Assembly (NCBI GenBank): GCA_965235115.1
Contig: OZ249436.1
Coordinates: 9,364,001-9,428,000, forward strand
Direction: 5' to 3'
Source of the DNA: Laetmonice hystrix
Lineage: Eukaryota
DNA: 64,000 nucleotides
The notes beneath the pieces were generated by a model. The model made no database searches. It had not been told where the DNA came from and was given only the letters and a program-made list of their open reading frames with translations. Positions 51,124-63,923 of the stretch are shown here, one piece after another. The number at the start of each line of letters is the position of its first letter. Position 1 is the stretch's first letter. The translations under genes and the position numbers were made by a program.

Positions 51124-52445
51124 GTTCTCTGTCCCCTAGTCCCATATCTGCCTCCTGATCATCACTCGTTCTCGGTCCCCTAGTCCCATATCTGCCTCCT
51201 GATCATCACTCGTTCTCTGTCCCCTAGTCCCATATCTGCCTCCTGATCATCACTCGTTCTCTGTCCCCTAGTCCCATATCTGCCTCCTGATCATCACTCG
51301 TTCTCTGTCCCCTAGTCCCATATCTGCCTCCTGATCATCACTCGTTCTCTGTCCCCTAGTCCCATATCTGCCTCCTGATCATCACTCGTTCTCTGCCCCC
51401 TAGTCCCATATCTGCCTCCTGATCATCACTCGTTCTCTGTCCCCTAGTCCCATATCTGCCTCCTGATCATCACTCGTTCTCGGTCCCCTAGTCCCATATC
51501 TGCCTCCTGATCATCACTCGTTCTCTGTCCCCTAGTCCCATATCTGCCTCCTGATCATCACTCATTCTCTGTCCCCTAGTCCCATATCTGCCGCCTGATC
51601 ATCACTCGTTCTCTGTCCCCTAGTCCCATATCTGCCTCCTGATCATCACTCGTTCTCTGTCCCCTAGTCCCATATCTGCCTCCTGATCATCACTCGTTCT
51701 CTGTCCTCTAGTCCCATATCTGCCTCCTGATCATCACTCGTTCTCTGTCCCCTAGTCCCATATCTGCCGCCTGATCATCACTCGTTCTCGGTCCCCTAGT
51801 CCCATATCTGCCTCCTGATCCTCACTCGTTCTCTGTCCCCTAGTCCCATATCTGCCGCCTGATCATCACTCGTTCTCGGTCCCCTAGTCCCATATCTGCC
51901 TCCTGATCATCACTCGTTCTCTGCCCCCTAGTCCCATATCTGCCTCCTGATCATCACTCGTTCTCTGTCCCCTAGTCCCATATCTGCCTCCTGATCCTCA
52001 CTCGTTCTCGGTCCCCTAGTCCCTTATCTGCCTCCTGAGTATAACTCGTTTTCTGTCCCCTAGTCCCATATCTGCCTCCTGATCATCACTCGTTCTCAGT
52101 CCCCTAGTCCCTTATCTGCCTCCTGATCATCACTCGTTCTCTGTCCCCTAGTCCCATATCTGCCGCCTGATCATCACTCGTTCTCGGTCCCCTAGTCCCT
52201 TATCTGCCTCCTGATCATCACTCGTTCTCTGTCCCCTAGTCCCATATCTGCCTCCTGATCATCACTCGTTCTCTGTCCCCTAGTCCCATATCTGCCGCCT
52301 GATCATCACTCGTTCTCGGTCCCCTAGTCCCATATCTGCCTCCTGATCATCACTCGTTCTCTGTCCCCTCGTCCCATATGTGCCTCCTGATCCTCACTCG
52401 TTCTCTGCCCCCTAGTCCCATATATGCCTCCTGATCATCACTCGT
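51124..52445. repeat. Pyrimidine-rich minisatellite, 44 bp x~30
   Basis: GTTCTCTGTCCCCTAGTCCCATATCTGCCTCCTGATCATCACTC repeated. Confidence 0.97.
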
Positions 52446-52832
52446 CACATTGAAAACGGTATAATACGATCAGGATCTAACAGTTATTACATTTGTCGCC
52501 CAGGTTAGTTAGAACATCAACATGATGCTGGCTGGAAGGACATGTGTGCAAAAATCAATTGATTTATATCATATGGGACATAATATAGGCCTAGGCACCT
52601 TATAGGCCTATTGCATGGGCTACTGAAATTATTAAATTATGTTTATAGAATGACTCACAGGGGCCTTTTATTACCAAGGTTCTTTTAAATTATTGTCTAC
52701 AACTAATTTAATTATGCTATGTCTGAGGGGAAACGCCCTGCTGCTTCCTATTGTATAGGAATTGCATCACTTATTATTAATACTTCTGGAATCTCAACTA
52801 CCTTGTTCCTAACTCCGAGTTGCTGCCCATTG

Positions 52833-53391
52833 TTAGAGAATTTCTCTCTCTGGTTGTTTTGCCACCTTTAAATCTTTGATACTGAGATAAGAAGAAACAG
52901 AATATCGACCGCCGTATGACAGACGAGATGCTGTCCTATCGGCCGACGTACAGAGGCGCACGAACGGATACTCCTCCGACAAGGCAGCGCTGTTAAAAAG
53001 ATGAGCGTGGATACTGGAGGGGCGGATGGGCCCGCCGAGAGTAGGCGACCAGCAGTGCGGAGAGTTGTAAAAGGTAAGATGCAGCCACTCCAATACATAG
53101 GAGACATGCTTTTGTGGGGATGGACGGCAGAAGGGGCGTAACGGACCGGCCTGGGATCCTAGGTCCCCAAGTCAACTGCCAGCAGTCCCCTCCCCTGACA
53201 TGTGGGACTTGTGGGTGCGGCCCTATATGCACACAGAGCCACAGGGTGTTGGCTAAATGGCCCTCCCCTTTCGCCCCATGCACGTCCAGCTGCCCTGGAA
53301 AGGAAATTGTCGATGGCGGCCGAATATTCCCGCTGGAGTATGCCTTGGCTTGGTCCGTCATTGATTCCGCTAGGCTTTCTCTCGGACCCAC
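52833..53391 (-). mobile_element. Decayed L1/Tx1-clade reverse-transcriptase relic
   Basis: Collinear motifs: DQAKAY (~DQEKAF), GPRIPGRSVTPLL (~GVRQGCPLSPLL) and, after a frameshift, VRLCTSADRT (~VKLSQYADDT). Confidence 0.55.
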
Positions 53392-54327
53392 GCTTCAATT
53401 CGATTATGATATAAATACGACTAGGGTGATACTCAGCTATGGATCAATGCAGGAGGGCAGAAACAGTCGAAGATCTCAGAATCTTCACTCTTTGTCTTTG
53501 TGTAACTGAGTGTGTGAATACATATTTGCGGGTACATACATGTATAGGGGTGAAGTAAGTGTGGAGGGAGGTGTGGGGGGGGGGGGGGTAGCATGTCTGT
53601 CTATGGGGTTAAAATGGTAATTAAATATAATTTTTCTTTTTTTTTCTAAATATGAGACAGAAAATGTATTATTTCTATCAGACACGGTATATTTCCCCCA
53701 TCATTGGGCCGTTTGCATATAATCATGGCAATGGTACATCATGTTAGTTGGCTGTCACTTCTGAGTTTTTGATTCTGTGAGCTATAGCATAGATCTAAGC
53801 TCATGTTAGCAACGAAATGGAATCAACATGAGTCGGCATGATCCTTGTAAAAGAATGCCAAGTCGGCTACAAAACAAAAGTGCAGTGCCTATGCAAAAAT
53901 GGCACCGTCCACTCTATACAAGGGGTAGACGTAACATATTAACGTAAAAGATAAATTTGATCGATAACTGAAAAGACTGTTACAAGACTTACCCGGCATA
54001 CATATCTACAGGTTTTTTTTCAGTTTGCGTTCTGTGGCAGCCCTGTATACTAGACCAGATTCAAAGATGGCCTAGAATTAAAATGGCAGTAATATTATTT
54101 GCTCTCCAGGCTATAGTTTTAATGCGGTTGACAGTTGCTTGAATATAGTTTATTCCCTCAGAAGGAAACATATCATTCATCAGAATCCTACAATAAACGA
54201 AGGAACTAATCAGTTTGTCATTTGTTTAATAGAAATAGACCTGTTTGATGTCATTATTATAGAGCCAAAAGTATAGTGGTTCATTCCAACATGGGTCAAC
54301 GTAAACACAGGAAGTCTAGTTCAGCTA

Positions 54328-55060
54328 TCAACATGAACCGGCCACAGGCTGTTCATATTCCATCCTTGGTCGCCCAGGGGTATGAAAAAAATACGCGCTT
54401 GATTTGGTGAGTAGGGTGAATTTAATGCCAGACAGCATTGTGAATGCTTCCACTGCCTTCAGATATTTCTCCGGTGAAGTTTTAATCTCGATTACATTTC
54501 GGTACCGACTGCAACAAACGAGTCGTGTAAGACGATCGGAGCCTTCCGCACACAAGTTATGACTAATAACCCGGTCTGTAACTAAATACTCACCGTGGTG
54601 AGGTCGTCTCATTCCGAGGTGCTATCCTATTCATTATGTTTGCCTCTGAGGGAGGGAATAGCCACAGACGGTAGACGCAGAGAGAGCGGCCTCACACCGA
54701 GTATAGGACCTATAGCTGTGTATACCAAGCCCAGAGCACCTGCCAAGATACGACCGATGCCAGTTGGGGGTAACCCGCGTTATGTCCTATATATTTTTAT
54801 GGCCTCCCGTTCACAGTTGATTGCATTTGCATACATATTGCATCGGATTCAGGCACACCTGATAAGAAGAATACTCTTCCATTCCTTTTCACTGCAGCAT
54901 CCAGCGATGGGCAGACCGGCCTTGGCCTGGCCAGCGATGGGCCGGCGAGAGAGGTAGATTTGATGGCACCCTGGCTGCTGTTGGCCTGACACGGCTTACA
55001 ATATACTATAGGTAAGGTGCCAGATACAGGCAGCGCGAGTTGTTCTAACGGTGCTCGCAC
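54328..55060 (-). mobile_element. Decayed non-LTR reverse-transcriptase relic
   Basis: ISHNLCAEG (~ISHLxFADD) followed by LKAVEAFTMLSGIKF..TKS (~LExF..SGxKxNxxKS). Confidence 0.4.
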
Positions 55061-55162
55061 AAAATGGGCTCTACTGCATCAACAACAGCACGCACTGGTG
55101 TCGCATTAAACACCCTGGTGTATGGTCGTATCTAAAACCATGCTAAAACCTAGTCCTGACCA

Positions 55163-55922
55163 TACCACCCTGACCCCGCGCTGTGGTATGGTCCTACCAC
55201 ACCCTGACCCGGTCCTGTGGTATGGTCCTACCGTCCTGACCCCGTCCTGTGGTATGGTCCTACCATCCTGACCCCGTCCTGTGGTATGGTCCTACCACAC
55301 CCTGACCCCGTCATGTCGTATGGTCCTACCATCCTGACCCCGCCCTGTGGTATGGTCCTACCACACCCTGACCCCGTCATGTCGTATGGGCCTACCATCC
55401 TGACCCCGTCCTGTAGTATGGTCCTACCATCCTGACCCCATCCTGTGGTATGTCCTACCATCCTGACCCCGTCCTGTGGTATGTCCTACCACCCTGAACC
55501 CGTCCTGTGGTATGGTCCTACCACTCTGACCCCTTCCTGTAGTATGGTCCTACCATCCTGACCCCGTCCTGTGGTATGGGCCTACCATCCTGACCCCGTC
55601 CTGTGGTATGGGCCTACCATCCTGACCCCGTCCTGTGGTATGGGCCTACCACCCTGACCCCGTCCTGTGGTATGGTCCTACCATCCTGACCCCGTCCTGT
55701 CGTATGGTCCTACCATCCTGACCCCGTCCTGTGGTATGGGCCTACCATCCTGACCCGGTCCTGTGGTATGGTCCTACCACCCAGACCCCGTCCTGTAGTA
55801 TGGTCCTACCACCCTGACCCCATCCTATGGTATGTCCTACCACCCTGACCCCTTCCTGTAGTATGGTCCTACCACCCTGACCCCGTCCTGTGGTATGGTC
55901 CTACCATCCTGACCCCGTCCTG
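55163..55922. repeat. Minisatellite, ~32-bp unit
   Basis: CCATCCTGACCCCGTCCTGTGGTATGGTCCTA x~24. Confidence 0.95.
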
Positions 55923-56833
55923 AAAACATATCAGGGATATGCATGGGCCTCATCCAAGTTTTGAAAGTAAGGGCTACCACTCCGTATACTGTATATGGCT
56001 CGCCTTCTAATAGCACTCTGATTTCACTCCAGGGTCTACCTAAATTACCCCTTAACGCCATCCCCTATCGACCCCAGCCTCGATGTCCCTAGCATCGCTA
56101 ATTAGATTTCAGGAGACTTTAAAAAGGACTTGTGTATAATTTAGGCAGATTGGGCTGTAGGGCGCGGTTCTCGGACCATAGTCGTCTGTATGGAGCAGCG
56201 GTCGCTAAGCTATGTTCGGCCGGTGCCTCCCACCGGCCTGTCCCTGTGGGCAGGTGCTAGGGCTGCACGGACAGTATTATTTCTGGCCCGGGTCGTCAGT
56301 GGGACGACCAGGGCTCCGCCATTCCCTGCTTGAATTAATCCCCTCTGGTTCCCCCTCGACCACCCCTCTCACACATACTCCCTCCTCGCCTCCTCCTCCT
56401 CCCCCGGGACACCCCCCCTCCCCCAAACTGCAAAAGTATTATTTTCTCACCAGGGACATCCATAAACTCCCCTAACATGTGTCGCATGGAGGAAAATGGG
56501 CAGGAGCCGTATCATCCTGCATGTAGCTTCCGCCGTGACAATGAAAGCGGAGCCATGATTCAACTATACCCTCGACGGTATTAGTTGGAGGGTTCTCACC
56601 GCTGTCACGAGAAACACGATCTCTGCTCGGCCTGAACCGATCTCACCCACCAACACATCGTGTAATTTATAGTCGACAAATATTAAAACTCACATCAGGA
56701 GGGTGGGGTGGGGGTGGGGTGCCCGTGTAAAGTTACAGGTATATTGTGTGTATAGGACCTGACTTTGGTGATTTGATGGCTGTCAAAATTTATGAGATTC
56801 TCCTCACGAATGTTGTTTTTTTTCTCCCGTTAA

Positions 56834-57127
56834 AGGGGCCCCATCAATTAAAAGCCACAAAATCGACCCCCTCTCATATTAAACAACCTAGATTTTCCTG
56901 CAATCTCGTAATAAATTGGAAGCAAAACAACTGCGCATGTAGTTGTAATACGGAACAGCGTGTGTCATCGGTAATTGCCTTCCTTCCGGTTTGCCATGAC
57001 CATGTTTGGGCGACTAAACTTGTAATTTTCGTACATTTGTTGCGATTATTTGATCGCCATATTTAAATATCATGTTGCCAAGGATGAAAGGTACGTTTCA
57101 TATTTGCGGGGAATTGACGGAGTTCCT
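56834..57127. mobile_element. Kolobok-type MITE (TTAA TSD, AGG...CCT ends)
   Basis: TTAA at 56830-56833 and 57128-57131. TIR AGGGGCCCCATCAATT versus AGGAACTCCGTCAATT (12/16 match). Confidence 0.5.
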
Positions 57128-57501
57128 TTAATGTCAACATGAAGGTAACTGTGAATTCGGACATCTATACCTCAATAAGCCTGCCGCAGTATAGCCTACA
57201 AGTGCCTAATCTATTATGATACACGTACTACGTATTAGACGCCCAAAAATGCTCAACCCGGAAGGTTAATGCTAAGTTGATAATACGACATGGGTCAGAG
57301 GCTTTAATACAGCAGAATAAGACAAGCATGATTTATAGTTACCACCGTTTACAAGCATTGTCACCCATATATTCTGGTGTCTGTTCACCGTTCGGTACGT
57401 CCGCGCATACAGCTAGTGTTGTCGGCGACCGCCAGATGGCAGTGCGTCAGCCGCGGAAACGAGTTTTCTCTTGATCCCAGTCGATGAGGTTCTTCATTTC
57501 A

Positions 57502-57745
57502 ACTGTCACCTCGGTATAGCTAAGCCTACTGTCTCCTCGGTATAGCTAAGCCTACTGTCTCCTCGGTATAGCTAAGCCTACTGTCACCTCGGTATAGCTA
57601 AGCCTACTGTCACCTCGGTATAGCTAAGTGTACTGTCGCCTCGGCATAGCTAAGCCTACTGTCACCTCGGCATAGCTAAGCCTACTGTCACCTCGGCATA
57701 GCTAAGCCTACTGTCTCCTCGGTATAGCTAAGTCTACTGTCACTG
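57502..57745. repeat. Minisatellite, 26 bp x~9
   Basis: ACTGTCACCTCGGTATAGCTAAGCCT repeated. Confidence 0.95.
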
Positions 57746-57828
57746 TCTAAGTCCTGTTAAGACATTATTTCTGACCACGATTAAGTTCAAGCTAACTTAA
57801 ACCCCACGAAATTTGATCTAAAGTAAAG

Positions 57829-58140
57829 ATCCCTATCCCTGACCTTATTCCTAACCCCGATCCCTACACCTCCCCAAAACGTATCCCTGTATATCCTATC
57901 CCTATCCCTGTCCTAAACATATCCCTGTATATCCTATCCCTATCCCTATCCCTATCTCTGACCTTATCCCTAACCCCTAACCCCGGTCCCTGCACCTCCA
58001 CAAAACATATCCCTGTATCCATCCCTATCCCTAGCCCTACCTCTGACCTTATCCCTAACCCTTAACCCCGGTCCCTACACCTCCCCAAAACATATCCCTA
58101 TATCTCTATCCCTATCCCTCACATTAACCCGTATCCCTGC
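57829..58140. repeat. Degenerate CCCTAT/CCCTAA-rich repeat
   Basis: Hexamer-like runs within about three diverged longer units. Confidence 0.75.
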
Positions 58141-59429
58141 CCAAAAATGTTGTGGGGAAGTTTACCAGTTTACAATATCGACAAGGGCCAAGTCGTGGGA
58201 CTGTGTGGGGTTGTTTTGGTGGGATTGAGGACTTTGAGACTGCGTTTTTTTCGGGGGGGGGGGGGTCAAAGTTCCCAACCAAATATCTATCCAACCCCCA
58301 CCCCGTGGCGCTGCTGCTGTATCAAAAGCTCTGACTTCAAGGTGTTCTTAGACACGCCATAGACGCCACCTTGCGGCTACTCTCATGTACCAACCAAAAA
58401 CTGACTCAGTTGGGGTGAAAGGACAACTAGTTCTTGGCGATGCCGACAGAGGGCCACCACTCTTGGACAGAACGGAGTTAATTCGTTCAGTTGGGTATAA
58501 CCAGCCTATATGGCGACGTTAACCAAAGAAATATTAGCAGGACTTTAAAAAGAAATTCTACTTGGTCCGATCTAAGGTTATAGTATATAGGAAAAGAGGG
58601 TTCTTGCTATTATGTATGATAGCGTAACATAAAAACGTCCTGCTCAGTGCATGTTTGACGAACACTCCCTTACAGTTTGACAGTTTTCCTTTCAGCCCTC
58701 GGCGGTCATAAGGAGGTGTAAATATTTGTTTGGTTGCAGAAATCATGTAGCACTGTTAGTAATTATTCTGATTGTGGGTGGCTGTTGAAGGTGTGTGCAC
58801 TCTGCTGCAGGCTGATAACCAGGGCATGGTACGCTGACATTTCCCTGGCATTTCTCCACAGCGCTCCGTGTTGCCGTAGCCCAGATATCAAAGGGACAGA
58901 AAAAGGGGCAACACTTGGAGCACGTGCGTCCCCACCACTTTTTCCCAGACCAATAAGAACTCTTTGTGTCATATTGATGCGAGAAATGGGGGTACAGGGG
59001 TTCACCCCCTTCCCCAGATCTTCAAAGGAATGAAAGCTCACAATATAACCAGTATATTTACCTGTAGTGAAATTAGGAATTGAGCCGAGTTTCCTTTTTA
59101 AATCAAAATTTCCTTATAATTCCATCTTAATGCCTGGAATAATTCATTATCAATAATTCATGATGTAGCCTCTCCTATATTTGGACGGGTTCGAAGAATA
59201 CTTATTTTCATGCAGAAGAGATCCAACCATATGAGGCAAAATACAAGGCCGTTCCCTTGACGAACTATTGGCCCTGCTGATGTCTTCATAAGTTGAACCC
59301 GGTCATTCGTGACGACCCTCAACCCGACCATTTACCAGACACAGCGACATGGAGCTGTGTGATTAGGCAAGCAAGCAAGCAAACAGTCGGCCCAGATATG
59401 CTTGTATCATATTTAAGGTATGTATAAGA

Positions 59430-59990
59430 AGGTTGTTTCTGAGTTTGCATGTCGCCGTAGCGTCGGTGGAGGAGAGAAGTCATGGTGGCATGATTGTACT
59501 ACCAATAGTGACCGTCGATTCATAGAAACCCGGTGACCCGGTCAGGCGGATCACCGACCACGGCTAGTGGAACAGTCGGCGCATTAAGGAATCGACCACC
59601 CGACACCAAGCCTTGCATCTCCCCAAAAGCTTCCAGTCACGCGAGACAACTCTGACTTCAATGAATATTTCATGAAGCCAATACGCCATACGGCATAGAA
59701 AGTCGATGGTACGTCAATACGAGCGGGCAAGTAAACTAGATTGACGGCAGGAGCTGGCCTTGGCATCACTGGCGATGCAATCTGTCACAATACACCGTAT
59801 ACGGCTCCAGGAATGCGGGTCGGCGCCATTTATAGCAATGGCACATACATGCATTGCCCTGGCTGATCATTGTCCATGCAGGAAATCCGTGAACTTTCGT
59901 CAAAGACCAACTTACACAGAGCGAACATCACAAACACGTTAGGCTCTATAGAAAATGGAATTGTCTGTGGTCCTGGTTGCCAAGTAATGC
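59430..59990 (-). mobile_element. Decayed CR1/L2-like reverse-transcriptase relic
   Basis: IDVPSTFYAVWRIGFMK (~LDxSKAFDxVWHxGLxxK), then VGDPPDRVTG (~GVPQGSVLG) and RYGDMQ (~YADDTQ). Confidence 0.4.
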
Positions 59991-60519
59991 TGAGGACCAT
60001 CTGGTGTCACGTCTTGTCACGCGCCAGAATTATAAATACGATTGTGATCAATCACAATAGCCGCCCTTGAGCTGCTGAGTAGCGATCTCCTTTTGTTTCC
60101 ATAGTCCAACACCTTTACATAGTTGCCCAGGTGTAATGTAGAGACGTTATGTATACTAACCTCGGAAGGAGAGATAATCTAAACAAATGGTCAGAGAAAT
60201 AGAATCGCATGACGTTACCAGACCATCTCCACTGGTTGGTTTGCTCTTCATTGAGCGGAACGCTTGGGTCTATTCACAAAAACGATTGTTCGACCTCGTT
60301 AGGGTTTAATCTTTCACACCTTCACGGGAGGGATTATTATGTTTCGAACCCCCAATCCCTACTCTAACGGTCTCATTTCCAAGACAATATGAGCCAAGAC
60401 TGTAATGTACTACGCGTTGGGTTCTTTCCATCTTGCTTGTATTTTTGTGCATTCGTTTTAACTACATCTGTGCGAAATTAAGTTTGAAGCGAAAATTTAT
60501 GGTCGAAATGGTAAAGTAG

Positions 60520-60850
60520 CAGGAGGGAGCGCTTTAAGAGGTGCAAAAAGAGGGGCTCTGTGAGGAGTGCATAGGTCGAGGGAAGGGCCTCTTGCATTCA
60601 GACAGTTCATTAACACCGTAATTGAGGCCCCAGCAGCGTCTGACGAAAGAACAACATTGTAGGAAGAGATGGCGCTGGTGTCACTGCACATGAAGCGCGT
60701 CCATTCGTGGACAGAGACGGGGTCATTGGATGACGCTGCCGGTAATGATTGTACGTCTAAATGTCTATCCCAACATTTCACGTCAGGCGCCAATTCTATT
60801 AATCTATGCTTCTACATGACTTGGTGGTGCCAATTTGTAAGAGTATTGTG
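60520..60850 (+). mobile_element. Decayed LINE reverse-transcriptase relic
   Basis: GVHRSREGPLAFRQFINTV (~GVPQGSxLGPLLFxxFINDL). Confidence 0.35.
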
Positions 60851-61836
60851 TGTATTTCCAATATATTAGCACAGTACCCCATTTGGGCATACACGCAGTC
60901 TATAAATAAAGTGTTGACATGTAGATGTAGGCCTACATGCCAAGGTATACTTAAAGTTACTGCCCCCTGGATTTAACGAATTATTTCACATTTATGATAA
61001 CCTCCCCCTGCTACAGTAGTCAACTGTACCCTGCATGGCCGCAATGAAAATAATGGTCCACTATATATGGCGAATAAACTCGTTGGGGGACTAGTAAAGT
61101 TTTGGACAGTCAAAATACGATCAGCCGAGCTGAAACGGTCCCCCACTTGGCCACACTAGGACTTTATCTGTACAGTGCCCATTTGGCCGGGGGGGGGGGC
61201 TTTAGGTTGGTGGGATCTTTATTCGAGAATTCAAACATTTCAGATAGGCCTTAAGCCAGTACCACCATACACAACTGATGAATACGTTCTGCTTTTGTGT
61301 ATCATTTTATAAGTAAAATATTTCTGGGAATCAGGAAACGACAACCGCATGGTTGCCAAAATACCGCCCTTCATATATCTGGGCCCAGGCCTGTCCATGT
61401 GTAAGACGAAGGCAAACACTAATTATGACAGAAGTCTTCGCGGCGAATGCTCATTGACCCAGAGCCAGAGACAGAGACAGAGACAGAGACAGAGACAGAC
61501 AGACAGACAGTAGCCTACACTCACTGTATAAAAGTATTACAACATGTCCTCTTTATAAGTTCTCGGTAATACTAGAGGCGCACAGTCAACCGTGTCCTGT
61601 CACTTTCACAGTACATATTAGATGTCAAGGTTTGTTGTATAAGCAGTTTACCGGGTATGGGCGTGGTGCCAAGAAACTACAGACAAGAGAAAGTTTTACA
61701 GAAGTGGTCGGCCGAGCAAAACCACAGCGAGAGAAGATCGATGTCTTCTCAGGACAATGCACAGAAGAATGGCCGCAATAGTTCGGACACCTGGCTACCC
61801 TACAAAATACTTCAAAAATAAAAACTATGTACTGGT

Positions 61837-61910
61837 TAAGATAAGATAAGATAAACTTTATTTACTGTCGCATTTACATAAAAGTAACATAAGCTCAGGG
61901 AGCCTTTAAG
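61837..61910 (-). mobile_element. LINE/SINE 3' end with AATAAA and (TCTTA)n tail
   Basis: Minus strand reads ...GTAAATAAAGTTTATCTTATCTTATCTTA, the same tail type as at 40432-40452. Confidence 0.5.
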
Positions 61911-62121
61911 CGACAATGATGATGGGAAAATACAATGCGAGATATTTACAATGACATAACAGGTTACATAAAGGTACATATGAAGCATGAGCCATAACGG
62001 CAAGTAACATTATAGAACCTCAAGGTATCTTTCAGCATACATGCAGGGGTCGGTGTATATATGCGACCTATACCCCACTAACTCGGGGTTCATACAACGG
62101 TCTATTACATCTCGTGTTTAT

Positions 62122-62598
62122 GGAGATGGAGCCATGCACTATATGGGCTCAGCCACTCTTGATAGCAGAGATGGAGCCATGCACTATGGGCTCAGACACT
62201 CTTGATATCGGAGATGGAGCCATGCACTATGGGCTCAGCCACTCTTGATATCAGAGATGGAGCCATGTACTATGGGCTCAGCCACTCTTGATATCGGAGA
62301 TGGAGCCATGTACTATGGGCTCAGCCAATCTTGATATCGGAGATGGAGCCATGTACTATGGGCTCAGCCACTCTTGATAGCAGAGATGGAGCCATGTACT
62401 ATGGACTCAGCCACTCTTGATATCGGAGATGGAGCCATGTACTATGGGTTCAGCCAATCTTGATATCGGAGATGGAGCCATGTACTATGGGCTCAGCCAA
62501 TCTTGATATCGGAGATGGAGCCATGTACTATGGGCTCAGCCAATCTTGATATCGGAGATGGAGCCATGTACTATGGGCTCAGCCACTCTTAATATCGG
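62122..62598. repeat. Minisatellite, 43 bp x11
   Basis: GGAGATGGAGCCATGTACTATGGGCTCAGCCACTCTTGATATC repeated. Confidence 0.95.
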
Positions 62599-62789
62599 AA
62601 TACCGCCCCCCCTTGTTTTCTCCCTCCTCCATTTCCTCTCTGTCAGATCTGTTCGGATTTGTCTCACCTATAATTATAAGTTCGCGTTCGAGGACCACTG
62701 CTTGAGAGGGTGACTCTCTATCTATACCCCAGGAGATCATGGTGGCGAGTAGGGAACATAATGATAATTGATCAATAATCAGTGAAGAA

Positions 62790-62826
<37 letters not shown>

Positions 62827-63573
62827 CACTGCTCTGCGTGTCACTGCCTGCAACTCAAAGTGACCCAGCCTGCTTGGTTACCGGTCTCGGTGGAAACCAC
62901 TGTCACCTTTGGTAAACCGACCCTTTGGCCGTGCAGTAGATCGCCCTATACACACGCCTCTCCCCTCTCCATGCCCAAGGCGCATATTTGCCAGGCCCGG
63001 CCTTCAAGATATTAATAACCCTCTCAGCTGGCTTCGTCAGTGAGGGCGAAGATGCAGCTGCCTGCTGCTGCTGCTGCTCCTTGTGGTGGTGGTGGTGGTT
63101 CTGGTGGTGGTGGCTGCCTGGAGGAAGGTGTTCAGTGGGCGCGTAGTCTCCTCCCAGGGCGATCACTGTTGCCCGAGCACGCGGGCCAGAGTCAACTGCA
63201 TGAAGGATGCTCCTTTGATGCAGCCACAAAAATAATACCTGACGATCAGTTATAATCTTGAGCGAAGGTTGCACGTTATACCTGGCTGGCGTACCAATCT
63301 CGAGACTCCAACACCAACCAAGAAGGAACTACTGAAATCATTGAACCGAGAAAACAGCGACTACACACTAAGGTCATCAAAGGCGTGGTCAATAAGTGTG
63401 CGCAATTCAAAATAGGAAAGGTATGGAAAGTCGTGTCAACTAATTCCATATCATTGCACATCCGGCGAGAATTGGATAGGCCACATGGTCAATTGGCAAC
63501 TTTTTCCGTGGAGTGTTTTCATCCATTAACTCTGATTTACTTGTTGTGGGAACATTGTGAGACATATACAATC

Positions 63574-63808
63574 ATGGGTGACGAGAAGCTTCCAACCGAA
63601 CGCAAAGTCCTTTATGGCATGACTGGAGCCACATTGCTTGGCACGTTGCTGCTGATGATTTCGTTATCGACGGACTACTGGGTGATCCTTCAGATCCCAG
63701 GCGGTAGCTACCGTAATTCGACCAAGTCGTACGTGATGAGACACCACTCGGGACTTTGGCGGATCTGCCGTACGGAGATCCACAACCTCACAACACCATT
63801 CACACAAA
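63574..63808 (+). CDS. First coding exon of a claudin-like tetraspan protein (PMP22/EMP/MP20/claudin superfamily; TMEM114/CACNG-like)
   Basis: MGDEKLPTERKVLYGMTGATLLGTLLLMISLSTDYWVIL...HHSGLWRICRTE...: TM1, STDYW, HSGLWRxC and N-glycosylation sequons NST and NLT. Start context ATCATGG. 78 codons plus 1 nt, then donor A|GTAAGT at 63809. Confidence 0.9.
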
Positions 63809-63923
63809 GTAAGTATTAGATTTCTTCTCACACCTCCCATACTGCATATATGATAGCGTTTCTACATGTGTTCAGGCCTATAATAAATTATTATACTGGA
63901 CGTTTGTGTAGCCATGTAGCCTT

